Assembly (NCBI GenBank): GCA_036510875.1
Contig: DATCDE010000007.1
Span: 3,055-67,054, forward strand
Source of the DNA: Actinomycetes bacterium
GTDB taxonomy: Bacteria > Actinomycetota > Actinomycetes > Prado026
Reading direction: 5' to 3'
Length of the DNA stretch: 64,000 nt
A program made the position numbers and the translations under genes. Shown here in pieces: positions 54,520 to 63,607 of the stretch (position 1 is the first letter of the stretch; every line of letters begins with the position of its first letter). The notes under the pieces were generated by a model. That model made no database searches. It had not been told where the DNA came from and saw nothing but the letters and a program-made list of their open reading frames with translations.

Positions 54520-55810
54520 GTGATGCTGGGCCACTTCCTGATGGCCGCCGTCGTGGTCGCCCCGGACGGCCGGGCCACCGTGACGAACACGCTCGTCCTG
54601 GTCCCCTCGGCCCAGCTGCTGACCTGGCTGTTCCAGGTGATGCCGTGGTTCTTCGCGGTCGGCGGCTTCGCCCACGCGGTCGCGCTCGGCTCACTGGCCG
54701 GCCGCGACGGCAGCTACGCCGACTTCGTGCACGCGCGCGGACCGCCTGCTGGTGCCGACGATCGCGTTCGCGGGGACCGGGCTGGTCGCGGGCGTGGTGG
54801 TCGAGGCGCTCGGGCGGCTGGACGACCGCGCCGTGATGGTGCTGCGGATCGTGGCCCAGCCGCTGTGGTTCATCGGGATCTACCTCGGCGTGGTCGCGTT
54901 CGCCCCGTGGATGCTGCCGGCCCACCGGCGGTTCGGCGTCCGGGTCCTCGTCGTGCTCACGGCCCTGGTCGCCGTCGTGGACGTGCTGCGGATCGGGCTG
55001 GACCTGCCCTACGTGGGCTCCCTGAACTTCGCGTTCGTCTGGCTGGTGGTGCACCAGTGCGGGTTCCTCTACGCGGACGGCGGCCCGCAGCGGGGCGGCC
55101 GGCGGTTCGCGCTGACGCTCGCGGGGGTGGGTCTGGTGCTCACCGTCGCGCTGGTGGCACTCGGCCCGTACCCGCGGTCGATGGTGGCGCTGCCCGGTGA
55201 GACGACGTCCAACATGACGCCGTCGTTCGCGCTGCTGACGTTCTCGGCCTGGCTGCTCGGCCTGGCCCTGCTGCTGCGCCCCGCGCTTACCCGGCTGATG
55301 GCCGGCCGCGGACCGTGGACGGTCGTCGTCGCGGCCAGCGGCGTGGCCATGACCGCATTCCTGTGGCACCTCACCGCGATCACCATGGTGAGCGGCGGTC
55401 TGCTGCTGTCGGGCGGGCCGTTCTTCCCCGACGTCGGCAGCGTGTCCTGGTGGCTGCTGCGGCTGGTGTTCCTGCTGCTCGTCGTCGCGGTGCTGACCGT
55501 GCTGGTGGCGCTGTTCCGGCGGTTCGAGCGGCCGCGCCGGCTGGTCGTTCCGCCGCCGGGGCAGCGACGCGCGCACCGCGACGGGCTGGCCGCGCTCGGC
55601 CTGGCCCTCTCGCTGCTCGGCGTCCTGGGCTTCTCGGTGGCCGGGTTCGCCGGCGTGCTGTCGCGGCGGACGGCGACGCTGGTCGTGCTGCCGATGACCC
55701 CGGCGGTGGCCGCGCTGCTGCTCGGCCTGGGCGCCCTGCTGGTGCGCTGGGCGGCGGCGCCGGTCAGCCGGCGTCGCTCGTCCGGTCCGTCGTCCGGTCC
55801 AGCAGCCTGA
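54520..55810 (+). pseudogene. Acyltransferase family 3 membrane protein. It is interrupted by a frameshift near 54730 (ORFs 54520..55200 and 54752..55810 in different frames).
   Basis: Frame 1 encodes the N-terminal TM segment (MLGHFLMAAVVVAPDGR...FVHA). A +1 frame continues with PTIAFAGTGLVAGVVVEAL... and about 9 further TM helices. The break is in a GCGCGCGG run. Confidence 0.6.
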
Positions 55811-56561
55811 GCACGGCACCGGGGGCGTCCCACTGCGGGACGTGCCCGCAGTGCGGCAGCACCACCCACTGGGCGTGGGCCGGCAGCAGCGACCGCTCCT
55901 GGGTGGACCGGGCGGGCAGCACGTGGTCGCGGTCGCCCCACACGGCGGTGACCGGGACGTCGGAGGGGATCGAGCCGGCCCGGTCGAAGCGGAGCCCCAG
56001 GGTGCCGTCGAGGGCGGCCGGGTAGCCGGAGGCGTCGGTCTGGGCGCGGGCCGCCTCCAGCGCGACGTCGTAGGGGATCTGCGCAGGCCAGGCGGACACC
56101 GAGGCGAAGGCCAGCCGGCGTAAGGCCCGCGACCGCAGCACCACCGGCTGGACCCCGCGGGTGGCCCTGGCCGCGACCCGGTTCACCCGGACCACCGGGT
56201 TGCGCCGCTGGCTGGGGCGCAGCCACAGCCCGGCCGGGGCCAGCGTGGTCACCGACCGGGCCCGGCCGTCGGCCGCCAACTCCAGGCTGACCCAGCCGCC
56301 CAGGGAGTTGCCGAGCAGGTGCGGGCGGTCCCAGCCGAGGTGGTCGAGCAGGGCCCCGACGGTCCTGGCCAGCCGGGCCGGCGTGGCCGGCTCGGTGCGC
56401 GGCAGCGCCGGGGAGCGCCCATGACCGGGGAGGTCGACCGCAACGACGTCGTAGCGGGCGGCCAGCCGCGGGAGCAGCGGGTCCCAGGTGGTGGCTGCCG
56501 AGCCCAGTCCGTGGACGAGGAGCAGCGGGGGTCCGGACCCCTGGCGGGTGTGGGCCAGCAC
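55764..56561 (-). CDS. Alpha/beta-fold hydrolase.
   Basis: LLLVHGLGSAATTW, GNSLGGWVSL (GxSxG), and a C-terminal HCGHVPQ. Confidence 0.75.
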   Translation of the reverse strand: MLAHTRQGSGPPLLLVHGLGSAATTWDPLLPRLAARYDVVAVDLPGHGRSPALPRTEPATPARLARTVGALLDHLGWDRPHLLGNSLGGWVSLELAADGRARSVTTLAPAGLWLRPSQRRNPVVRVNRVAARATRGVQPVVLRSRALRRLAFASVSAWPAQIPYDVALEAARAQTDASGYPAALDGTLGLRFDRAGSIPSDVPVTAVWGDRDHVLPARSTQERSLLPAHAQWVVLPHCGHVPQWDAPGAVLRLLDRTTDRTSDAG

Positions 56562-56567
56562 CGTCGG

Positions 56568-57041
56568 TCAGCCGACCTCGGCGGGCTGGCCACCGGTGAT
56601 GCGCAACAGCTCGTCGTAGGACGTCGGGAACACCGTGTGCGGGTGCCCGGCCGCGGCCCAGACCACCGGGTGGCGGGCCAGGTCGACGTCGACGAGGGTG
56701 CGCAGGGGGTGCGGGTGCCCCACCGGCGCGACGCCGCCGATCGCCATGCCGGTGTGCTTGCGGACGAAGTCGGCGTCGGCCCGCCTCACCTGGGCCACCC
56801 CGAGGACCGAGGCGACCTTGAGGGTGTCCACCCGGTGCGCGCCCGAGGTCATGACGAGCAGGGGCTGCCCGTCGGCCTCGAAGACCAGCGAGTTCGCGAT
56901 GGCGCCGACCTCGCAGCCGAGCTGGGCCGCGGCCGCCGCAGCGGTCGGCGCGGCGTCGTCCAGCGCGATGGGGTCGCCGGTGGCCCCGACCGCGCGCAGC
57001 GCCTCGGTGACCCGGACGACCGTGGGGTGGTTCAGCGCCAT
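56568..57041 (-). CDS. ybaK: YbaK/ProX-type aminoacyl-tRNA deacylase.
   Basis: 157 aa with TVKSLVFEA-like ...GAIANSLVFEADGQPLLVMTSGAHRVD... Confidence 0.65.
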   Translation of the reverse strand: MALNHPTVVRVTEALRAVGATGDPIALDDAAPTAAAAAAQLGCEVGAIANSLVFEADGQPLLVMTSGAHRVDTLKVASVLGVAQVRRADADFVRKHTGMAIGGVAPVGHPHPLRTLVDVDLARHPVVWAAAGHPHTVFPTSYDELLRITGGQPAEVG

Positions 57042-57118
57042 GGCCGCAGCCTAGGGGGCCTTGACGGGTTGTCGCCGCCCCGGAGTATGGTCGAACACAT
57101 GTTCGAAGCAGGTGCTCG

Positions 57119-57430
57119 GTGACCCGACGCTACGCGGACCCGGTGCGCGACGCCGTCGACGTCCGCCGCGACCAGTCCGGCCAACGTCCGGTCCAGTTCC
57201 TGTGGCGGGGCCGGCTGTACCTCGTGCGCGACGTGCTGGCGCACTGGGTCGAGGTCGGGGCCTGGTGGCGGCAGCGCGGCGCCGACGGGCTGCCCGTGCG
57301 GGTCGACGAGGCGGGCCGGCAGGTGTGGCGGGTGGAGGCCGGGGCCGGCCGGGCCGCGGCGTCCGGGGTCTACGACCTCGCCTACGACGAGAGCGCGCGG
57401 ACGTGGACCCTCGCCCGCACGCTGGACTGA
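57119..57430 (+). CDS. Small conserved actinobacterial protein (DUF6504-like) paired with the downstream HEPN gene.
   Basis: 103 aa, Trp/Arg-rich (FLWRGRLYLVRDVLAHWVEVGAWWRQ). GTG start. 12-bp gap to the next gene. Confidence 0.45.
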   Translation: MTRRYADPVRDAVDVRRDQSGQRPVQFLWRGRLYLVRDVLAHWVEVGAWWRQRGADGLPVRVDEAGRQVWRVEAGAGRAAASGVYDLAYDESARTWTLARTLD

Positions 57431-57442
57431 CCGGGAGGGACT

Positions 57443-57883
57443 GTGGAGATGCCCGTGGTGATGCCCGTCGTCATTCCCAGGGCGCCCGTGGGGCCGGCGT
57501 CCCACGAGCTGCTCGAGGCGGCCCGGCGCGGACTGGTCGAGGCGGCCACCGCGCCCACCCCGGCCGAGCGGTACGTCGCGGCGCACCTGGCGGCGCTGCG
57601 GGCGGCCGCTGCGGTGCTGGCCGCACGGGCCCGGCCCGGCAGTGCCCGGCGCGGCCCGCGCAGCGCCTGGGAGCTGCTGCCCCAGGTGGCACCCGAGCTC
57701 AGCGAGTGGGCCGCGTTCTTCGCCGCGGGGGCGGGCAAGCGGGCCGCCGCAGAGGCCGGACTGACCAGGGCGGTCAGCGCCCGCGAGGCCGACGACCTGC
57801 TGCGCGACGCCGCGACCTTCCTCGCACTGGTGGCCACCACCCTCGGGGTGCCGCACCAGGACACCTTCCCGCTGGTGGGCTGA
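57443..57883 (+). CDS. SAV_6107-family HEPN-domain protein.
   Basis: SHELLEAARRGLVEAATAPTPAERYVAAHLAALRAAAAVLAARAR matches my recollection of the SAV_6107 HEPN family N-terminus. Confidence 0.5.
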   Translation: MEMPVVMPVVIPRAPVGPASHELLEAARRGLVEAATAPTPAERYVAAHLAALRAAAAVLAARARPGSARRGPRSAWELLPQVAPELSEWAAFFAAGAGKRAAAEAGLTRAVSAREADDLLRDAATFLALVATTLGVPHQDTFPLVG

Positions 57884-57911
57884 CCGGGCTCGATGGCGGG
57901 GCCAGCGCAAC

Positions 57912-57921
57912 GGTTGCAACC
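57912..57921. promoter_or_regulatory. Perfect 10-bp palindrome GGTTGCAACC upstream of coxM.
   Basis: Seen in sequence in the 163-bp region between the HEPN gene and coxM. Confidence 0.3.
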
Positions 57922-57995
57922 GATTGCATGGGAGATCGCCGTGAACTGGCCCCGATCCGTTGCCGTGGCCGGATCGACAGGGCACAGTGGGCGGA

Positions 57996-58011
57996 TGTGG
58001 CGTACGCCACA
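57996..58011. promoter_or_regulatory. Perfect 16-bp palindrome TGTGGCGTACGCCACA about 36 bp upstream of the coxM start. Candidate operator.
   Basis: Seen directly. The position is typical of a repressor or activator site for the cox operon. Confidence 0.45.
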
Positions 58012-58046
58012 TTCTCCTGACCCTGAGACCGGCCAGAGGGGACAGC

Positions 58047-58919
58047 ATGCAGACACCCGCGGAGATCGACTACGCGCGAGCGAGCAGTGTCGACCAAGCG
58101 ATCGCCTTGCTCGAGGAACACGGTGAGGATGCGCGGATCATCGCGGGTGGGCACAGCCTGCTGCCGATGATGAAGCTGCGCCTGGCCCGGCCTGAGTGGA
58201 TCATCGACATCAACGACCTGCACGAGCTGCGGGCCATCCGGGTCGAGAGCGGGGAGCTCGTGCTCGGCGCCCTGACCCGGCACGCCGACGTGCTCGAGTC
58301 ACCCGTCGTGGGCGAGCACTATCCGATCCTGATCGACGCCGAGCGGGTCATCGCCGACCCGGTCGTGCGCAACCGGGGCACGGTGGGCGGCTCGTTCTGC
58401 CAGGCCGACCCTGCGGAGGACCTCGCCGCCGTCGGCTCGGCGCTGCGGGCGAACGTCGTCATCCGCTCCTCCAGCGGCACCCGCACGGTGCCGGCCCGGG
58501 AGTTCCACACCGGCCCCTACGAGACCGAGGTCGGCCCGGCCGAGCTGCTCGTCGAGGTGCGCATCCCGATCCGGCCGTCCGCGGGCAGCGCCTACGAGAA
58601 GGTCGAGCGTCGGGCCGGTGACTGGGCGATCGCCGCGGCCGGTGCCTTCGTCGAGCTGTCCGGCGGCGTGGTCTCGGACGTCGGCATCGGACTGTCCGCG
58701 GTCGGGGCCCGGCACTACTGCGCGGCCGAGGCCGAGGAGTTCCTGCGCGGCCAGGCGCCCACCCCGGAGAACCTGGCCGAGGCCGGGCGGATCGCGGCCG
58801 AGCACTGCTCGCCGACGTCCGACCAGCGGGGGCCGGTCGACTACAAGCGCCATCTCGTCGGCGAGCTGACGAAACGAGCACTGAGCCGATCGCTCGAGCG
58901 AGCTGGAGGGGGAGCCTGA
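58047..58919 (+). CDS. coxM: CO dehydrogenase medium (FAD-binding) subunit CoxM.
   Basis: IIAGGHSLLPMMKLRLARP, VRNRGTVGGS FAD-binding motifs, and a CO_deh_flav_C-like C-terminus. RBS AGAGGGGA. Confidence 0.85.
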   Translation: MQTPAEIDYARASSVDQAIALLEEHGEDARIIAGGHSLLPMMKLRLARPEWIIDINDLHELRAIRVESGELVLGALTRHADVLESPVVGEHYPILIDAERVIADPVVRNRGTVGGSFCQADPAEDLAAVGSALRANVVIRSSSGTRTVPAREFHTGPYETEVGPAELLVEVRIPIRPSAGSAYEKVERRAGDWAIAAAGAFVELSGGVVSDVGIGLSAVGARHYCAAEAEEFLRGQAPTPENLAEAGRIAAEHCSPTSDQRGPVDYKRHLVGELTKRALSRSLERAGGGA

Positions 58920-59404
58920 TGCAGGTCACCATGACGGTCAACGGCACGCAGGTCACGCGTGACGTCGAGCCGCGGATGCTGCTCGTGCACTTCGTGCGCG
59001 ACGAGCTGCGACTGACCGGCACCCACTGGGGCTGCGACACCTCCAACTGCGGCACCTGCGTGCTGTGGGTGGACGGCGAGCCGGTGAAGAGCTGCACGGT
59101 GCTCACGGTGATGGCCGACGGCCACGAGGTCACCACCGTGGAGGCCCTGGCGAAGGGCGGCCAGCTGGACCCGGTGCAGCAGGGGTTCATGGAGGAGCAC
59201 GGACTGCAGTGCGGCTTCTGCACCCCCGGGATGATGATGACCGCCCGCTGGCTGCTGGACCGCAACCCGGACCCGGACGAGGGCACCATCCGCGAGGCCA
59301 TCTCCGGGCAGATCTGCCGCTGCACCGGCTACGAGAACATCGTCCGCGCCATCCGCTGGGCGGCCGAGCACCCCGCACCGGCCAATGAGGAGGTCCAGGC
59401 ATGA
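58919..59404 (+). CDS. coxS: CO dehydrogenase small (2Fe-2S) subunit CoxS.
   Basis: CDTSNCGTCVLWVDG and QCGFCTPGM...CRCTGY Cys clusters. Confidence 0.9.
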   Translation: MQVTMTVNGTQVTRDVEPRMLLVHFVRDELRLTGTHWGCDTSNCGTCVLWVDGEPVKSCTVLTVMADGHEVTTVEALAKGGQLDPVQQGFMEEHGLQCGFCTPGMMMTARWLLDRNPDPDEGTIREAISGQICRCTGYENIVRAIRWAAEHPAPANEEVQA

Positions 59405-61803
59405 CCGCCGTCGACGAGACCCCCGCCGTACCGATCAGCGCGGCCGGCAACCCCATCGGCTTCGGCCGGATGCTCCGCAAGGAGGACGTCCGGTTCGTCC
59501 GCGGCCACGGCAACTACGTCGACGACATCGCGCTGCCCGGGATGCTGCACGCGGCGATCCTGCGCAGCCCGTTCGCGCACGCGAAGATCGTGTCGATCGA
59601 CACCTCGGCCGCTGAGGCGCACCCGAAGGTCAAGGCGGTCATCACGGGCAAGATCCTGGAAACCCTCAAGCTGGCCTGGATGCCCACCCTGTCGATGGAC
59701 GTCCAGGCGGTGCTGGCGACCGACAAGGTCCGCTTCCACGGCCAGGAGGTCGCCTTCGTGGTGGCCGAGGACAAGTACTCCGCCCGGGACGCCCTCGAGC
59801 TGATCGACGTCGAGTACGAGCCGCTGCCCGCCGTCGTCGACGCCAAGAAGTCGCTCGACCCCGGTGCGCCGGTGATCCGCGACGACATCGAGGGCAAGAC
59901 CGACAACCACATCTTCGACTGGGAGGCCGGCGACAAGGCGTTGGCCGACGAGGTGTTCGCCAACGCCGAGGTTGTCGTCAGCCAGCAGATGCTCTACCCG
60001 CGGGTGCACCCCAGCCCGATGGAGACCTGCGGCACGGTCGCCAGCATGGACCCGATCACCGGCAAGCTCACCGTCTGGTCCACCAACCAGGCGCCGCACG
60101 CGCACCGGACGCTGTACGCGATCGTGGCCGGCATCCCCGAGCAGAAGATCCAGATCATCTCGCCGGACATCGGCGGCGGCTTCGGCGGCAAGGTCGGCAT
60201 CTACCCCGGCTACGTGCTCGCGGTGGTCGGCTCGATCGTCACCGGCCAGCCGGTCAAGTGGGTCGAGGACCGCAGCGAGAACCTCATGTCCACCGCGTTC
60301 GCCCGTGACTACCACATGAACGGCTCGATCGCGGCGACACGCGACGGCAAGATCCTCGGTCTGCGGGTCGACGTGCTCGCCGACCACGGCGCGTTCAACG
60401 GGACGGCGCAGCCGACCAAGTTCCCGGCCGGCTTCTTCCACATCTTCACCGGCAGCTACGACCTGCAGGCCGCGCACTGCAAGGTCACCGGCGTCTACAC
60501 CAACAAGGCGCCCGGCGGCGTCGCCTACGCCTGCTCGTTCCGGGTCACCGAGGCGGTGTACCTGGTCGAGCGCATGGTCGACGTCCTGGCCGACGAGCTC
60601 GGCATGGACCCGGCCGAGCTGCGGCTGAAGAACCTGCTGCGCCCCGAGCAGTTCCCGTACACCACCAAGACCGGTTGGGAGTACGACTCCGGCGACTACC
60701 CCCGTGCCCTGCGCAAGGCCATGGACATGGTCGGCTACGACCAGCTGCGGGCGGAGCAGGCCGAGAAGCGGGCCCGCGGCGAGCTCATGGGCATCGGGAT
60801 CAGCTTCTTCACCGAGGGCGTGGGCGCCGGCCCGCGCAAGCACATGGACATCCTCGGGCTGGGCATGGCCGACGGCTGCGAGCTTCGGGTGCACCCCACC
60901 GGCAAGGCGCAGATCCGGCTCAGCGTGCAGACCCAGGGCCAGGGCCACGAGACGACGTTCGCGCAGATCGTCTCGCACGAGCTCGGGATCCCGCCCGAGG
61001 ACGTCGAGGTGATCCACGGGGACACCGACAACACCCCCTTCGGCCTGGGCACCTATGGGTCGCGCTCGACGCCGGTGTCCGGCGCCGCCGCGGCGGTGGT
61101 GTCCCGGCGGATCAGGGACAAGGCCCGGATCATCGCGGCGGCCGCCCTCGAGGTCTCGGTCGACGACCTGGAGTGGGAGCTCGGCCGCTGGTACGTCAAG
61201 GGCGACCCGGACAAGGGCAAGACGATCAGCGAGATCGCTATGCTCAGCCACGGCGTCCTCGAACTGCCGGAGGGGGTCGAGGGCCACCTCGACGCCTCGG
61301 TGGTCTACGACCCGCCGAACCTCACCTATCCGTTCGGGGCCTACATCTGCGTCGTCGACGTCGACCCGGGCACGGGTGTGGTCAAGGTGCGCCGGTTCGT
61401 CGCGGTCGACGACTGCGGGCCGCGGATCAACCCGATGATCGTCGAGGGCCAGGTGCACGGCGGCCTGGCCGACGGTGTGGGCATGGCGCTCATGCAGCTC
61501 ATGGCGTTCGACGAGAACGGCACCCACCTCGGCGGGTCGTTCATGGACTACCTGCTGCCCAGCTCGATGGAGTGCCCGAGCTGGGAGACTGGCGAGACCG
61601 TGACCCCGTCCCCGCACCACCCGCTGGGGGTCAAGGGGGTGGGCGAGTCGGCCACGGTGGGCTCGCCGCCCGCGGTCGTCAACGCGATAATCGACGCGCT
61701 GGAGCCGTACGGTGTCCGGCACGCCGACATGCCGCTGACCCCGGCCAACGTGTGGCTGGCCATGCAGGGCCGGCAGCTGCGCAACGACCTCGCCGTGCCG
61801 TGA
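59401..61803 (+). CDS. coxL: CO dehydrogenase large (molybdopterin) subunit CoxL, form-I-like, with a variant active-site loop.
   Basis: 800 aa xanthine-dehydrogenase-family MoCo subunit. The active-site loop GGVAYACSFR matches the form I VAYRCSFR motif except R->A. Gene order M-S-L is the form I order. Confidence 0.85.
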   Translation: MTAVDETPAVPISAAGNPIGFGRMLRKEDVRFVRGHGNYVDDIALPGMLHAAILRSPFAHAKIVSIDTSAAEAHPKVKAVITGKILETLKLAWMPTLSMDVQAVLATDKVRFHGQEVAFVVAEDKYSARDALELIDVEYEPLPAVVDAKKSLDPGAPVIRDDIEGKTDNHIFDWEAGDKALADEVFANAEVVVSQQMLYPRVHPSPMETCGTVASMDPITGKLTVWSTNQAPHAHRTLYAIVAGIPEQKIQIISPDIGGGFGGKVGIYPGYVLAVVGSIVTGQPVKWVEDRSENLMSTAFARDYHMNGSIAATRDGKILGLRVDVLADHGAFNGTAQPTKFPAGFFHIFTGSYDLQAAHCKVTGVYTNKAPGGVAYACSFRVTEAVYLVERMVDVLADELGMDPAELRLKNLLRPEQFPYTTKTGWEYDSGDYPRALRKAMDMVGYDQLRAEQAEKRARGELMGIGISFFTEGVGAGPRKHMDILGLGMADGCELRVHPTGKAQIRLSVQTQGQGHETTFAQIVSHELGIPPEDVEVIHGDTDNTPFGLGTYGSRSTPVSGAAAAVVSRRIRDKARIIAAAALEVSVDDLEWELGRWYVKGDPDKGKTISEIAMLSHGVLELPEGVEGHLDASVVYDPPNLTYPFGAYICVVDVDPGTGVVKVRRFVAVDDCGPRINPMIVEGQVHGGLADGVGMALMQLMAFDENGTHLGGSFMDYLLPSSMECPSWETGETVTPSPHHPLGVKGVGESATVGSPPAVVNAIIDALEPYGVRHADMPLTPANVWLAMQGRQLRNDLAVP

Positions 61804-62708
61804 GGACCGACGTGGTCGCCGAGCGGGCCGCTGCGCTGCGGGCGCAGCGGGTCCCGTTCGTGCACGCCCGGGTGGTGCTGGCCGAGCGTCCGACGTCGGC
61901 CAAGCCGGGGGCCGAGGCCGTGATCTTCGCCGACGGCACCATCGAGGGATTCGTGGGGGGGACCTGCGCCGAGTCGACCGTGCGGGCGCAGAGCCTGGCC
62001 CTGCTCGACTCGGGGGAGCCGCTGCTGCTGCGGATCTGCCCCGAGCCGGAAGCTCCCCAGCCGGGGCGGCTGACCGTGCACAACCCGTGCCTGTCGGGAG
62101 GCACTCTGGAGATCTTCCTGCAGCCGGTGATACCGGCGCCGCTGCTCGTGGTGGTGGGCGAGACCCCCATCGCGGCTGCGCTGGCTGAGCTCGCGGCGGC
62201 CTTGGGCTACCAGGTCGAGCGCCGTGACCCCCGGAACGGCGTGGACGTGGTGCCCGAGGTCGCCGCGGCCGTGGTGGTGGCCTCGCACGGCCGCGACGAG
62301 GAGCCGGTGCTCGCCGCGGCACTGCAGGCGGGCACGCCGTACGTGGGGCTGGTCGCCAGCCGCAAGCGGGGGGAGGCGGTGCTCCTCTCCCTCGACGTCG
62401 ACGCGGCGGCCCGCACCCAGGTGCACACCCCGGCCGGCCTGGACATCGGGGCCCGCACCCCGGAGGAGGTCGCCCTGTCGATCCTGGCCGAGGTGGTGTC
62501 CGAGCGGCGCCGCCCGTCCGGCCGGCCGATCACGCTGGACCTCGAGCCGGTCGGCCCGGCCACGGCCATCGACCTGATCTGCGGCATGTCGGTGGCGATG
62601 GTCGACTCCTCGCTGCACCTGGACCACGAGGGCACCCGCTACTGGTTCTGCGGCAGCGGCTGCCTGCGTGCGTTCGCCGCCGACCCGGCCAGCTACGTCC
62701 CGGCGTGA
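61800..62708 (+). CDS. XdhC/CoxI/CoxF-family MoCo-insertion accessory protein fused to a C-terminal YHS/TRASH metal-binding domain.
   Basis: N-terminal XdhC_CoxI and Rossmann-like segments. The C-terminus CGMSVAMVDSSLHLDHEGTRYWFCGSGCLRAF is a YHS-type motif. GTG start overlaps the coxL stop. Confidence 0.7.
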   Translation: MRTDVVAERAAALRAQRVPFVHARVVLAERPTSAKPGAEAVIFADGTIEGFVGGTCAESTVRAQSLALLDSGEPLLLRICPEPEAPQPGRLTVHNPCLSGGTLEIFLQPVIPAPLLVVVGETPIAAALAELAAALGYQVERRDPRNGVDVVPEVAAAVVVASHGRDEEPVLAAALQAGTPYVGLVASRKRGEAVLLSLDVDAAARTQVHTPAGLDIGARTPEEVALSILAEVVSERRRPSGRPITLDLEPVGPATAIDLICGMSVAMVDSSLHLDHEGTRYWFCGSGCLRAFAADPASYVPA

Positions 62709-63607
62709 CCGACGCCCTGGGCGACCTGGCCGCGCTGGTCCCGGACGTCGCCTCGCTGCGCCAGCGGCTGGGGGACGCCGGCTACCTGGCCGACTCGGGG
62801 CTGGCCACGGCGTTGTTCTGCGCCGTCCGGCTGCCCCAGCCGCTGCTGCTCGAGGGGGAGGCGGGGGTCGGCAAGACCCAAGCCGCGAAGGCGCTGGCCG
62901 AGGTGCTGGACACCCGGCTCATCCGGCTGCAGTGCTACGAGGGCATCGACGCGGCCGAGGCGCTGTACGAGTGGAACTACCCGCGGCAGCTGCTGGGGAT
63001 CCGGCTGGCCGAGGCGCGCGGCGGCCCGGTGGCCGAGGAGGACCTGTTCGGCCGGGACTACCTGGTGCGCCGGCCGCTACTCGAGGCGATCGAGCATGCC
63101 GGCCCGCGGCCGGCCGTGCTGCTCATCGACGAGGTGGACCGCGCCGACGAGGAGTTCGAGGCGTTCCTGTTCGAGCTGCTCGCCGAGGCGGCCATCACGA
63201 TTCCCGAGCTGGGCACGGTGCGGGCCGAGCGGCCGCCGCTCGTGGTGCTCACGTCCAACCGCACCCGCGACCTGCACGACGCGCTCAAGCGGCGCTGCCT
63301 GTACCACTGGATCGACTACCCCGACCTCGACCGGGCCATCGAGATCATCCGGCGGCGGGTGCCGGGGGCGACCCTCGACATCACGGCCGGGGCGGCCGCG
63401 GCCGTGGGCCGGCTGCGGGCGCTCGACGTCCAAAAGCCGCCGGGGGTGGCCGAGGCGATCGACTGGGTGCAGGCGCTGACCCTGCTCGGCGTGCAGACCC
63501 TCGACGGCGAGGCCGCCGAGCAGACGCTGGGGTCGGTGCTGAAGTACCGCGAGGACCACGACGTCGCCCGTGAGCGCGGGCTGGCCTGGGTGACCGGGAG
63601 TGGCTGA
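62705..63607 (+). CDS. coxD: MoxR-like AAA+ ATPase CoxD.
   Basis: LLLEGEAGVGKTQAAKALA Walker A, LLIDEVDRADEE Walker B, and the AAA_3 pattern. Confidence 0.85.
   Translation: MTDALGDLAALVPDVASLRQRLGDAGYLADSGLATALFCAVRLPQPLLLEGEAGVGKTQAAKALAEVLDTRLIRLQCYEGIDAAEALYEWNYPRQLLGIRLAEARGGPVAEEDLFGRDYLVRRPLLEAIEHAGPRPAVLLIDEVDRADEEFEAFLFELLAEAAITIPELGTVRAERPPLVVLTSNRTRDLHDALKRRCLYHWIDYPDLDRAIEIIRRRVPGATLDITAGAAAAVGRLRALDVQKPPGVAEAIDWVQALTLLGVQTLDGEAAEQTLGSVLKYREDHDVARERGLAWVTGSG

Noticed and set aside
59329-62322. A 997-aa ORF on the minus strand.
   Set aside because: It is antisense to coxL and xdhC, with Arg/Pro/Gly-dominated composition, while the sense-strand genes have clear motifs. It is a GC-skew artefact.
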